A stretch of DNA of 64,000 bases from NCBI GenBank assembly GCA_003344405.1, contig NOWV01000019.1, positions 62,001 through 126,000 of the forward strand, given 5' to 3'. The notes under the pieces are model-generated. The model was given only the letters and a program-made list of their open reading frames with translations. It was not told the DNA's origin and did not search any database. Shown piece after piece: positions 29,751 through 43,600 of the stretch. Position 1 is the stretch's first letter; each line of letters opens with the position of its first letter. The translations under genes were made by a program, and so were the position numbers. The stretch is from Trichoplax sp. H2. Its lineage: Eukaryota.

Positions 29751-32700
29751 CAATCGTCAAAATTTACTGCTCAACTTTCTAAACTGGACTATCAAGATGA
29801 TATCAATAGACAGAAATGACAGATTACTGTCAATAATTAGAATACATTTCCGCTGACCATGCCACTTGCATGTGATAGTAATGATTTACTCAACTTTAAT
29901 TACATGATAAAATAGCATAGGGATTTCATGAAACTTCTTGTTGTCATGGACGGTGATTAGAAACTAGAATTGATATTTAAAGTGCTCTTCCCAAAATCAT
30001 CCTCATTCGTAAAAATATTAAGGAATGTACAAGAAAAGTGTTGAACTAGTCAGGATTCTTGAAGAAAGCAACAACTTAAGAAATGCATTAACTATGATGA
30101 TTTACACGAGAATTTTAAAATCAAAAAAGAACTCAAGAGTGGCATTTGCCATGATGATTGTACAAGAGAATTTTAAAATCAGAAAATTATTGAACTAGTC
30201 AGGATTGTTTCATTAAGAAAGCAATTACGCAACAAGAGGGCTTAAAATGATTTCAATCACGCATCATCATAAACGCCAGTTCAATTTATTCAATTCAACT
30301 TACCTACTGCAGCAAAATCGTAATCTTCTGGCGGTTTATTTTTTCAGTCTACAATCGCCTGGATAAACTGTAATGATGAAGAGATGATTACAATCCAATT
30401 TATTAGCAGCTCCTTTCTAACAGAATAGAAATTATAATGTGATCACCAATTCAACTTGATGGTCAATGGGAACTGAAAGCGATATATTTAGTATTTTATT
30501 GACAACCATTGCATTCTACAGGAAGGACATAATTAGCGGCAGATTGATAATGTTTGTAGATATTCTTTCTTCAACAGTAATGATGAACTAAATAGAACAA
30601 CACCTTTCAGTAAGTCATATTTACACAATTAAGAATACAGTCCAATAGATTAATTATCAATCCAACCAAACCAGGTTACAGAAATGCCCCCCCCCATTTC
30701 AGCCTTTAGGAGTAACATAATCTATCCATGAGCTCCATATAACTGAAAGATTCTACAGTATGAATCATTAGGGCATCAGAATGAAGGCTAAATATAGGCA
30801 TAACATATTCATGACAAAAGCAAATATAGCCACAATTTTATTGACAGATGAAATTTTAACAAAATTGGAGTTTTCGAAAGAGTTATTTGATGATGACATA
30901 AAATAAGATTAGCGAAATTTGGTGAGGGGTAAACGATATGAACAAAATTGAAATCAAACAGAATCTTTGACAAGGATGACAATTAATCGAAGGACAGACT
31001 AAATAGGATCGAATTTTCTTTCGAGGTGTGATAATGGTGAATCATTTTGATCCTAATCTGCGAGCCATACTGGTCGATTTACTGGTACAGAGACTGAAGT
31101 AAATAAAGGATGCAAATAGCAAAATAATAAACTAAATTGAGTCGAACATCTTCAGATAAGAGACTAATATAGATTAACTTATATCCTAAACTAAATTCAT
31201 AATAGAAGAAGTAATCTGAAAACTAAGCATTTATAGCCATGATTGATAATTCATTCATGTAGCTAGCGATGACATTTCGAACGAAATTTTTATCGCATTA
31301 AATCGATATATAAATTTAAGTCGTTTCAAAGACTCTTTTTACGATTCGAATTACCGTAAATTGCAGCAAACGGCATCAGTCGATTGGGATCGAATAGAAA
31401 GTATAGCAGAGGCAATGTACATCGAATGACAGACTTGATAGATAGGATAAGTGAAGGTTTATTGAAGATATTGCCTATCAAATGACGAACAATTCCAATC
31501 GTGCTCTGCAAGCAATAAAGATTTATTTGGATAGTAGAAGAAATTTTGAAATTATCTGCTAATATAATAATCGAGCATAATCAACCAATTTTCTGCCAAG
31601 AATATCGGTCCATTTATATCGTTTTTTTCAAAATTCAAACAAGGTGTAATAATCCCAATGCTAAACTTAACTAGTTTAATGTTCAGTTCTGTCAATGAAT
31701 GCTGATCAACTTTATCGTAAGCAAACCTTGAATGGCCAAAATCCATTAATGGATCTATGCAAGTGGACGATAATGGAATTCCTGCTGATCCAATGTTGGC
31801 AATATTATTTCGAAATTAAATCATCACCATTTAAGGTATACAGAAACGGATCTAGCCAACCACTTTCGATCTCCACTGAGAATGAATACAATCAAAATGA
31901 ATCAAGACTGCGAATAATTATTTTAGACGATGATCAAATGATGTCAACATGGATTCTTAAAATTAGTATTGTTTTTTATCCCAGTCTAGACGATAATTAT
32001 ATATGTCCTATTTTATTATATTTTAATAGAGAATTGGTGACCAATTTACTTCTTTCAATGGAGTTTGCTGATTGAAATCAGCTATCATGAGTACTCAATA
32101 AAAGCTCTCTCTTGAACCTTCAATCAAGATGATTGTCTTCATGGATCATAATATTATCCCTTCCGACGATCATCACCAAAGGTGTTTTATCATTTTCAGT
32201 TATTATCATCCCATTTTAACGCCAGCTAACCTATCTGACACACTAAGCGATGCGTTGATAATAATGAATTGTGTTACTAATCTAAATCTGTCTGGAAATT
32301 TGTCCATTAAAAGTAAACATTACCTGTATGCTCTATATTCCTGTTAAATTGAGCGGTACAACTCCGTAAAGATAATTTTCCCATTGCCAATTTCAGTTGA
32401 AATGATTTGAAATGATTATAAAGGACTAACAGATTTAGTTATTCACATAATCTGAAAGTAGCTATGATCTTGTTATCCATTATTCCAGCTAGGATTAAAA
32501 TCGAGCAATCTTGCAAGCTTCCCGTAGGTGTATTAAGCGCTCCGATCCGTCAAGTTGTGCATATGATCAATCATAAATCTTTTCTCTATCTATTCCAGCT
32601 GAGTTGATAACTATGTAGAGATAATTATTTTATCGCCATTTTTGACTAAAATGATCAAAAATAACGAACATAGAGGTATGTTATCATCTCCATAATTAAT

Positions 32701-32839
32701 TATTGAGTAACTTTGGCTGCTGTAATTAGCTAGACTATATCCCAACGGTGATAGTTCCTTTGCTACCGCATACAATTATGTTTAACGAACAAGTACGGAG
32801 AAACAGAGAGAGATCATTATAGGATTACTAAGTGATCGG

Positions 32840-33700
32840 CTTGAAAAATACTAGAAATGATATGCTCATTTTAGTTAAAATTAAATCTCCAGATAAATAG
32901 GAGTGCCTTCCTGACACATGAAAATACGAAACAGGCTTGCAGTACCGTTGATACTGTAGATATATTATCGACTTGGAAAATATTATTTATAAGCGATAGT
33001 AGAAATGATGGACTCATTTCATTTAGAATTAAATCTTAAGACAGGCAGCAGCGCTTTTTGCCCTATTAAAATATATTAAGCAGGCTCTCATTAATGCTGC
33101 GGATAGACTGTAAATATACTATAGACTTGGAAAAGATCATTTAAAAATAATAGTAGAAATAATAGTAGAAATAATAGGCTCATTTCAGCTAAAATTAAAT
33201 CTTTAGATACACAACAGCGCTTTTCTGCCTCATTAAGATATTGAATTGGCTTTAATTATTATTGATACTGTAGATATACTATCAACTTGGAATAGATTAT
33301 TTTAAAATAATCATAGAAATATTACTGTAGGCTTATCTCGGTTAGAATTAATTGTTTGGAAAGAGAGCAGCGCTTTTTCTACCGTTTTAAAATACTAAAC
33401 AGGCTTTCATTGACACTGTCAGTACACTATCGACTTGGAAAAGATCATTCAAAAATAATCGTAGAAATGATAGGTGCACTTCGGTTAAAATTAAACTTTC
33501 GGAAAGATAGAAGTGCTTTTCTTCCATTTTAAAATGTTAAATAGGCTTTCGGTAGCTTTGATAGTGTAGAACTACTGCACTATCGAGTTTAGAAAAAATT
33601 ATTCAAGAAAATAGTAGAAATGATACCTTCGTTTCCGTTAGAAGTCAATTTTTAGATACGTAGTTGTACTTTTCTGCCCTATTAAAATATCAAATAAGCT
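32840..33700. repeat. About 6 copies of a ~150-bp tandem unit
   Basis: tagaaatgat...ctcatttc...aattaaatct...cagcgctttt...aaaatat...ggct...atactgtagatat..tatcgacttggaaaagatcatt at about 32850, 32998, 33150, 33312, 33460 and 33612. Confidence 0.85.
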
Positions 33701-34626
33701 CAGAAAGATCATTTTTCGTCATGAAAATGACTACAAACTTTGTAATTCCTGCATCCTACGATATTGCACATTTCATTGTATTTTCGACGTAACTAAAATA
33801 AGAATACGAATTATCTGTACATTAATGGATATACTAATAGCAATAAGGCATATACGGTACTAGCTTGGTTAATTCTTGTAATTGTTTATTCTTAGTTGAG
33901 TCATTTTAGTAAAATTAGCTTCTTATTGGTTAAATGATATAATTTGTTAGGTTGAAAATCAATATTTGTAGCATAGCACTTCTGATAGAGTATATCAATG
34001 ATTAGAAACTGTTGAAGCACAGAAAATATAAAACGGGTAAAAGAAAATAATGCTTTTATTAGCAATCATAATACATAAAGGTTAAGCTGTTGTATAAAAA
34101 TTATTCATATCTAGTATAGAGAAAGCTACGGTGCTATTTGTATAAGAGATTTGTATGTCCGTTAAAAATAAATAATATCAAATCAAGTATCGAATGGAGA
34201 ATGATCAAATTTTTTTCCAAGTAAACAATTTTTAATAAGACTATTTAATTTGCATCCTATGTCCTAGTAGAAATGAATTGTTATCGATAGTTTCAGACCA
34301 TTATTACTTGTATAATAAGTCATTGTAATCTAAATCAATTTTGTACAGTATATATTTGCAACAAGATACCAGTAGTTAGACTTGATGGAGAGGATGCAAA
34401 TAAACTGGCTATCTACTTTTGGTCAGATGAATTTTAATACGAAAATTGAAAAGATCTAGATAGAAATTCTGATAAAATTACTTTATAATAATCAAGAGCA
34501 AAAGGAATATTATGCTCATGTAGTCTACCTATCTTAATTATTGAAATAAGCTCTATTTTTTATAAATCTCTACTAAAAATAAATCGACACCTTGGTTTCT
34601 TATCAAACCAAGAAAAAATTGCAATT

Positions 34627-37600
34627 CTACCACACTGAATTACGGCGAATAAGTTTTTGGGTTGGGAGTTCAAATTTTAAACCAGGTTTAGTAGAAGAAT
34701 GTTCAGTTCTTGAAGCTACTACAGGACTGCAAAATGTGAAATTATTATAACATAATGAGGCAGAGTTTCTCTGTATTGCTTATCTTAAAATGACCATTAA
34801 TCCTTTTTAAATGTATCCAGAATCGCATATAGGTTCATTACCTTCCATATATTTTTCGACTACTTCTTAATCCAGATACATCAATATTAGTCTTATTATT
34901 ACTTGTAGGCAGATTTATTCGGGCTTTTCAGTGGTAGCATAATATCAAATGGATAAAGAGATCAGGCCAAAAACGAATCGAATTTAAATCTATCAATGGA
35001 TCTTATCAAAACGTTACAGAAGAATACTTTCTACCTTGATCTTCAAGAGATAGTGCTGTAAAGGAATGCCTTCTCTGTTATTTATATTAAATATATATAT
35101 AATATATATACAAGATTAGATATGAATGGTAGGTTACGAAAAGTTAAAATCATAAAATAAATAGAAAACTGGCCATTGCTAAATAATTCTGTTGATAACA
35201 GGTCAATAAATATCTGCTGGTTTAGTTTGTGGATAAACACCATTTTACTACCTAATTAACTTACATTACGCTGAGGAAGATACGATGGCGATGAAGAATA
35301 AGATTCTTCAGGAATAATATCGGATTTAACGTTAGTATTTATAACGCCAACCTGTCGAGAGCAATTGTAGTAGGTGAATAAAAGATTCAATTTAATAATT
35401 TCTAATATCATCTGACTTCATACAGACTAAAGAGCATTATCAAAAGAGCTTATTGTGGTTATTTGGGAAGGCAGACTAGAACACAATCTTAACCATCGCA
35501 ATTAATCCTTTCTATTACGATTCATATTTCTGACTGAGTATAAATCTAAATTAGCTAAATTATCTTCCTTTAAATCTTATGTGTCATCTCATTATACTTG
35601 TTAGGACTGAATTTGAATTAATCTGTATTAATCTGTCCTAAGACTGAAAAATGAACAAAGTAGTGGAATAAGGTAATTCTGTATAGCTCTACCCAGATTA
35701 ATTGTTTAGTTTCGGATTATAAAATAAACATTAATTTGCTTGAGATACAATTCTACATAAATTAATTTGTTCAATTTCGAACGGTCTAACGAGAACATTG
35801 GCGAATTTTCTTACATTTGTTTGGTTATATGAGTTAGAACTAAACTTAAATTAATATACAAGTACATTCTTCTACTCTATTATTGAATAATTATAGTGTA
35901 ATATTTTTGAAACAAACTTGAACACATTTTTTCAGATTGTCAAGTAAGATAACTAGAAAGTTAAACTTAGATAATTAATTGTATCATTCCGTAAGATTAT
36001 AAGCATGACTGGAACCTGAAATATCTTCTAAGCTATTTCATTCCATGCAAAATCAAAAAGTTTCTTACCAATGAATTTGTATTATAAATTGACTATAATT
36101 CAATCTTTTAATTATTATCTCTATTAATTTTTTAGAATATAGAAGATTATCACCGCTCCTGATCGAACAATCAAAGCTATTATAAATCACAAATAAGCAT
36201 ATAAAGGATATACGAAACTCAACTTACTCGATAGCTATATTGCAAGGATAGAATTAATAATAACGTATTCAAGTTATGATTCAGTTTTAATTATCTTTAA
36301 TTAAACAGTACTTACTGAATTGCTACGGCCACCCGAGGATCTACCAGTCACAGGACTATTTCGCGTTTCAGTTTGATGTTGTGATGGATAGTCCTTTTTT
36401 TCAACGGTTATTGTTTGATGCTTTAAATTTTTGACTTCTAGCTCGTACAGTTTGATCATGGCTTTTAATTTCTCATTTTCGCCTTCCAATCTAGAATAGA
36501 GATTTTGATCAATTTCTTAAATCCAAGACTACTGTAGCTGTATATGAAAATAAATTTTCAATTTATGAAAGTTATGCAAAATGGATGGTATTCAGAGATT
36601 TAGTTTTGACTTACTCTAAAACAGCTTTACTCTTGTCGTTTAATTCATTTTCTACTTTCTGATATACTGTTGAATCTTCCACCTTGATAGGAACAACATT
36701 GAATCATACAAATCCGCAAGATAGTAATTATAAAATAATTAGTGTATATATACAAATATCAAATCATTTGCCCCCAAAATTCTCGATACAAGTCGTAATG
36801 GTCTGTATTTCGATCAATGTCATACAAGAAATAGTTTCATTAAAGGCGCTACTATATCATTCCTTACCAATTTTTGAGCCTTATTTGTTTCTTTCAGTTT
36901 CTTTTGAGCCGAAAATAACTATTAAAAGTCACAAGACTTGGATTATTGATCATAGAAATGAAGTTATCATTAATTCATTCTATTCTATACATTGAATTGG
37001 TAATAACCTCATCCTGTAAGGAAACTAAACTCTCTTGCAATAGTTCGTTTTCTTCACCACTCTCGGCTACTTTTTGATTCAGATCTTGAATTGCTTGATT
37101 TCTGCCATAATAAGGGATGGAAAATCAATTATCAACATCGAACTAAAGAATCAATTCTTAAACTGATAATCAATTACGAATCAGAAGAGCTGAATGAACT
37201 GCTAAGAATGACCATTAGCAAGTAGCAGAATTCACATTATTAACAAAATCGTGTCCAGTAATTAAAACTAACCCATTTCAATTGAAGTAATTGATAATTA
37301 TGAAAGCATATCATCTAAATTTACTCTATATACTATCATTCATCTGGCTATAAAGCACAGATAGGATATTCACTTCATTCAATTCTAACTGTCCTAATGG
37401 ATACTTTACCTGTTTTTCATCTTCTGTATTAAATTACCATATCTTTTTTTTAGTCTTTCATAATCTGATTCTTGATTTTTTATTTCCGGTGATGGGGCGC
37501 GTTCCTATATAGGTCGTTTTGAAAAGAAATCCTGAATTTAACGCAAAGTATTGTCTAACGAATGAGATCATCATGATTAGAAATTTCAGCTCATTTCATG

Positions 37601-40600
37601 TAGAACTGAAATTTTTATTAATTAGAACCTTTCTTGGACTACTCGAAGTACTATTATGTCGACTTGAAAATCCTGATGCATCCTATTTCAAAAGACACAT
37701 AAGGGTTTAAAAATATTACGGGAAAATATTGATAATGTTCTAAAATTGAGCTTTAAATGCAATCTCGTAATAGAGGCTAAATTGCCTGGACCATTTTAAC
37801 AGCTCACCTTCCTATTGGAAATATCCATAATTTTCGATAATTCGTCTCGCACAGATTGTAGTTCTGCACTAATTTCCTGTAACATAAATGTTTGAATTAT
37901 CATAAGCAGTAGTTTAAGATATCAGATATTGACCCTCTACTTACAATTTACGCAATATCTACTAGCTATAAACGGATATCTCCACTACTACTTATAATAT
38001 GAATTTACTGAAAAAAAGCTTTCTACAAAATCGGTTGTTATAATGAACCGTCCATCCAACATTACAATAAAAGAACCGACTGCATATATGTAAAATTAAA
38101 GTTTTACTACGTTATTCATTAATAATTCAACTTAAGAAGGATCAGTTTGATGAAAATTTAATTAGAATAAAAGATTCCTATGCAATCAATAGCATGAAAG
38201 GAGCTATTGACAGTTTGATTAACCTTCACTGGTGATTCCGGATGTGGCTGTACCGCTGTCTCGTTTTGCTTTACTATAGTTGCCACTTTTTCTTTCTCCA
38301 TTTGCTGATACATAAAGAAATATTTAAAGATAAGTGGAATGTTATCATAAAATATCCAATCCAAATTATCATCACAACATAAGTACCTGTTTTACTTCGT
38401 ATAATTCAGAGCGTAGTCTCTTATTCTCGCGAACAAATTCAGCTCTTGCAGAAAACAATTTAGAAAGTTTCTCCTTGGTTTCTGACAATTCTTCTTTTAA
38501 TTGCTGTTCCGCTAAGCTAGGACTAAAATTGTATCGTTATGAATATCTCAGAGACGAGAGAATGTTCAACAATATTCTACTATGAGTAAAACAGTCTGAT
38601 GTATAGACCCATAGTTCTCGGGTTAGGGCTAATGCTAATAACTTGTAGCTACTGTAATAATGTAATATATTTTTTCCATATTATGATCAGAGTATAGAAT
38701 TGTAATCAGTGATAGATCAGTGCGGTACTCTCCCATTAACATTTTTAACTAAACTAGCTATTACTGAATATTTTAATTTCTTACAATGTAGCATTTACTA
38801 CAAAAAATTATCGGTAAGAATGATTGATTGAAGCTAATTTTTATACAGAAAGTCTTTCTATTCCTCTCTATTACTTGGCTATGAACTCAAACTTATACGT
38901 ATTCTGTGCTGTATTATGAGATATTTCCCTAAAAAAAGGTTAAAAATATTATCCTACCCGTTGTGTTGCGGTTGATCCTGGGAAATTTCATTATTTGCAT
39001 TTGAATTCGATTCTAAATTCTATAGCCATCAGTTAAGATTATAAATTATAATTTTTAATTTAAAGGCACAGCAAAAATATAAAACCAAGACTAGCTTTGA
39101 TCTGACCTCGTGGTTAATTACACCATTTTGTGTATCTAGAAAATTGATTCAAATCCAGGAATAAGATTACTATATCGACTAGATCCTGTATGAAAGCTAA
39201 TCTTTTTTGGACCTACCTTGTACTGGACGGGCATTTCGTATATTCTGGATGACTTTAGAATGTTCTTGTACCAGTCTTTTAAAATACAAGTAGAAATTTG
39301 AGTTATCCTTAAAGTGAATTAATATTCTATTTCATCTAGCTGAATTAATTGATATTGAGCATAAAAACCTCTTATGGCGTATTTCTAAATTCTGAAAGTC
39401 ACTTTTTAAATTATCATATTTCGCTTTCAAACCATTAGTCTAAAGGAATAGGAAGTAATTATAGTGGTTAGTTAGTAAGCAAGAAATATACAACAGATTG
39501 TTCTTGAAATAAAATATGCTTTTCCTCCATGATTTAAGCGCTTAAAACGAAATGAACTATAGTACACAGTAGAAATGGTTTACTAACTTCAATGTTGTAT
39601 TTTATATTTAATTCAGTTAATAATAAATTTTTCTCTTCTTTTAATTTTTCAATCTCTTCTTCAAATTGATTTGCAAAGGTAGTTATAGTCTCCTGGTCTT
39701 TCGTTTCCTTGACTGCTAGTTGTCGTTCTTGTTGCTCTCTTTCCTAGAACAACAAAAGGGAATTATTAGGCCAATATCGTTATACCTATTAGTAAAATAT
39801 TTTGTAAAGTATCGTAATGCTACTAATGGTCTTTATCAAGTCTTTTCCGACTTATTCTTTCAATTATTGCTTTTCATGATCGTAATTTTAGTAATATTAA
39901 TTTCATGATTTATTTTACGCCTGATTTAGTATTCTTTTCATTTCTTACATTTTACATTAACTTAATTACCTAGATATTTGACATTTATCAGAACTATTTC
40001 TAACTCGCTCTTTATCTTCCACTCGTCGAGAGAACTAAATTAAATACTTGGATATTTCAACCTATCAGGACCCTATTCAACCTACTCTTCATCTTCTAAT
40101 CTGTACGAGTACTGATCAACAGTAAATACTTTCAATCTATCAAGCCTGATTCAATCTATTCTTCCCTCTTCTATATCCCTCTATTTTTAAATATTTCATA
40201 TACTGACATATTAGAGTTATTTTCAATGAATTCTTCATCTCTCACCGACTATCAATACTACCTTAAAATACTTAAGCATTACAATTTATCAATCTGATTC
40301 ATAGTCTACTGTGCAGCTATCACTACTCTTAAAGTCTTATTTATCACAATTCCTAAGGGCTTATCTTTAATTATTTCTTTCGGCTTTAACCGTCATGTAA
40401 ACCTTAAGCTTAATGTATCTTAGTGCAATAATCTATCAAACTATTTTTCATAACTGCTTTCTTCTAAATCTTTTAATTAATACTTCTAGGAAAAATAACA
40501 GGAGAAAATTGGTTATGGAATTGTCGATTTGCTTTCAGCCTGCTGTCTCGCATACTATTGTACTCTTTGCCAATAGTAATACTTTGATATTGCAAATTAT

Positions 40601-43600
40601 ATCACTTCCATTTACAAGTTTAGCCTCTCAGCTATTGTTCACTATCAGGATAAATCTAGAGATACTTTAATATCGCAGTCGATTAAATTTCTTACAAATG
40701 TTCTCTGCTTTACTATAATACTCTATCCGAATAGTCATTACATTGATATCCTAACCTATCTATCAAGTTTTTGATATAATCTATCAGCTACCCCGCTGCC
40801 TTTAGTGCTACATTAATATCGCGACGCATCAAAACTTATTTTCAACTTACTCTTTCTTCATTGGCTCGATCTAGTTGATATTGTAATTGGCGAATCTCTT
40901 TCTGTTTAAATAAGATGTCATCCTCTAAGCTGCTAATTTGAGCTTTATAACCTTCCATTTCATTCTCAGCCTTATGAAGTGAATCTTGAAGATGCTCTAC
41001 TTCGGTCTAATGAAGAGTAAGGCAATAAAACTAGTTAAAGCCATGTTTTCAAAATAATTTATCCTCTATTGCTGCCATGATTGTAATTGTTAGCTTCATA
41101 AATGATAATCAATCAAAACTATTTAAAATCAATGCTGTTCATAGTAGACTTTGAGAATATCCATAGTGATTTATTACCCTTAGCTTTTGAATTCTTTCAT
41201 TAGAGGCACGGAAATCCTTTCCTTCCAACCATTCACGAAGCTCTAACTTTGATTGCTTAAGTTGCTATATGTCAAATTTTGTATGGAATATTAAACGTAT
41301 AAATAAACATTATGATCATGATAGATGGAATATAGTCGGTCTTGCTATAGAGAACTCACACGTAGCATTTCTTGACATCTTCCAATTAATTGTTGCTTTT
41401 CTTCATTGACTGCATGCAATTGTAGCTTTTGCATCATTAAAGAACAATATTAATTATATGAATCCTATCTGTTCAAATTGATGCTACTGAATTGGAAAGT
41501 AATTTTTAGTCATTCTTTCATTCTAATTACTATGTTAACTCTGATTCTAGATCATTTGTATCAATCTACCGAAGGAGCAATAATTTTAATTTCCTCTGGC
41601 TTTAATAGCAAATTTTTTTCTTGGGAAACGAATTGCAAGAAATTACCGAATCTGGTTTGGATCACTACATGAAATCATATTCCCGCTAGCCTCTGTTAAA
41701 CAGCTCAAGATACTTGCTAATTCGGCTTACCTCTAATTTTTCATTGGCTTCTTTTATGGAATTATTTTGATCTAAGAACTGGTTTTCTTTTGACTGCAAT
41801 AGCTAATAGAGTGGTGTAGATATAATTTTAAATTTTTTACAATCTTGATATCATGACAATACCAAAATTAGCAAGCATTCTTTCATAAGCTTTTTCTATC
41901 TAAAACGTATATTGCATCATGTTTATCGCATAAAATTACCTGAGAAAAACGATCTTCTTGTAAAATTAATTGTTTCTTAGTTTCATCGCATTCTTCCTTG
42001 ATGGTTAATAGATGATTTTTATCTCGATTTAGATCATCAATATCTCGCTGTTTATTAGCAATTGTATCCTCCAACTGATTTATATTTAGACTCATCTGTC
42101 TGTTAATCTAGTAAACACCAAAAAATAAATCTCTTTAATCATCTTATTGCTAAAACATCTCACAATAAACTTTGCCCTCAGGATATATATAAAATTATTT
42201 CAAGATTTTGATAATAATTTCATGTGATAAAAGTTATGGCTATGAATTTATCAAGTTTATTCATGCATCTTAAAGAGTATCGTGTCGATGCTAGCTATCC
42301 TATAGTCGTATATAGGCAAGATCATTAACAATCTGTGAAATAAACTGAAAGCTAACGTGTACCTCAAGCATCATTAATTTTCACACTTACTTCGAGAAAT
42401 TCGGTTAGTTTCTGAGATAATTCATCGTTTTCCTGAATAATATCTTCGTATGACTGATGAATTTTATGAAGCTCATCCTTGGTTTTATTTAACTCGTCGC
42501 AAATTGATCTTTGGCTCTAAGAAATTAAAATAGAAATGAGTTATAAAACTAAGCAATAGGAACAAAACGGTAAATATAGTCGCTTTTATTTAACGGATCA
42601 TCAAAGACTAAACTTGAAGTCTAACGGCTATTAAAAAATCTAGAAAGATTTTATGACAATATTAGAGAATTGAAATAACTTTCAGAGCTATATACTAAGA
42701 TATAGTGGAAAGATACATTACGCAAAATTTCAGCATAGAAATGAAGCTATGAGAATCTAAATTTTGCTATACTCTCGCTAAATAATTCCTATTTTCTGAC
42801 TATAAAGATCTACGAACGACATGCCTGATTTTTTAAATTATAATTTGAAATTTAATGTTACGTCTTCATAAGTATCTAGAATAGTTCCGTAGCTAAAAAT
42901 TTAAATCATCGAGTCGGGATAATTTTTTCAATAACTGCACTGTATGCAAATTCAGAACTATAAATGTATTTCCTACATCATCCTAGTATCGAAATATTTA
43001 CAGTTTTGTATGATCAAATAGTAGGTTTTTCCTAGATATAACAATAGCGCCCTGTACTATTTTCTATCCTAATGTCTAATGATTGAATATCTGTAAAGCT
43101 AAGCTATCAAGTACTCTACATGTACTGTATAGAGTATTTGCTGTAATTTACTCATATGCCACAGATGACATTGTTAATTTCATTTTAAAATGTAAGCATG
43201 TTGCAATGGCTAGTACTGAATATGGTAAATGCTACGCAATGTACGTTCTCGCAAATCTGAGAATATGGTTATAACCTTAAAATCATAATTACTCATCTCC
43301 CTATATTACTTACGTGATTTAATTTATCATTTTCAACTATTAATTCATCGCACTTATCCTCGACATAGGACTTATTTTGCTCCTGCCTTCCAATTTCTGC
43401 TTGATATTGATTACATGATTGTTCTAATCGATTTAACCGATTTTTAAAGTCGACATTACAATGTTCTGCCTCTTGTAATTGCTAAAAGATGTTATAAAAG
43501 TCATGATATTAGAATTTGTATTAATCTGTCAAAGTGGCCTATATTCAATTGTACTTTAGAATAACCTCAGCCAGTTGATTCCTTTCGCGTACCACCAGTT

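Larger units (their letters stand above)
9990..32800 (+). pseudogene. Probable decayed multi-repeat cadherin (Fat/Dachsous/protocadherin-like) gene in several blocks; boundaries approximate
   Basis: Cadherin-consensus fragments, all on the + strand, with stops and frameshifts: 11806 YLNFLLTVFAMITA*GIGISSTRLIV; 12163 DSMYLSSSAIVNVS / 12206 IKYIDNNNS*F; 12944 LDVNE; 16743 YEMDYNDKGTSS; 17713 GREIRYVHIFFTLVAR; 21670 DHNFNNLSILYAKDERIGQFYLNQYRNLHLAKIIYVNSYNLSI; 21888 IKITMDDHFSIRFSEAS; 28859 IDINDN; 31757 MQVDDNGIP. Motif recognition by eye only. Confidence 0.55.

Noticed and set aside
19160-33700. CRISPR-like or transposon interpretation of the repeat arrays
   Set aside because: Eukaryotic context, long degenerate units without unique spacers, and no terminal repeats, target-site duplications or transposase/RT ORFs seen.
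36200-36213. U12-type 5' splice signal ATATCCTT on the - strand
   Set aside because: It sits inside an intron already bounded by canonical GT-AG sites, not at an exon edge.
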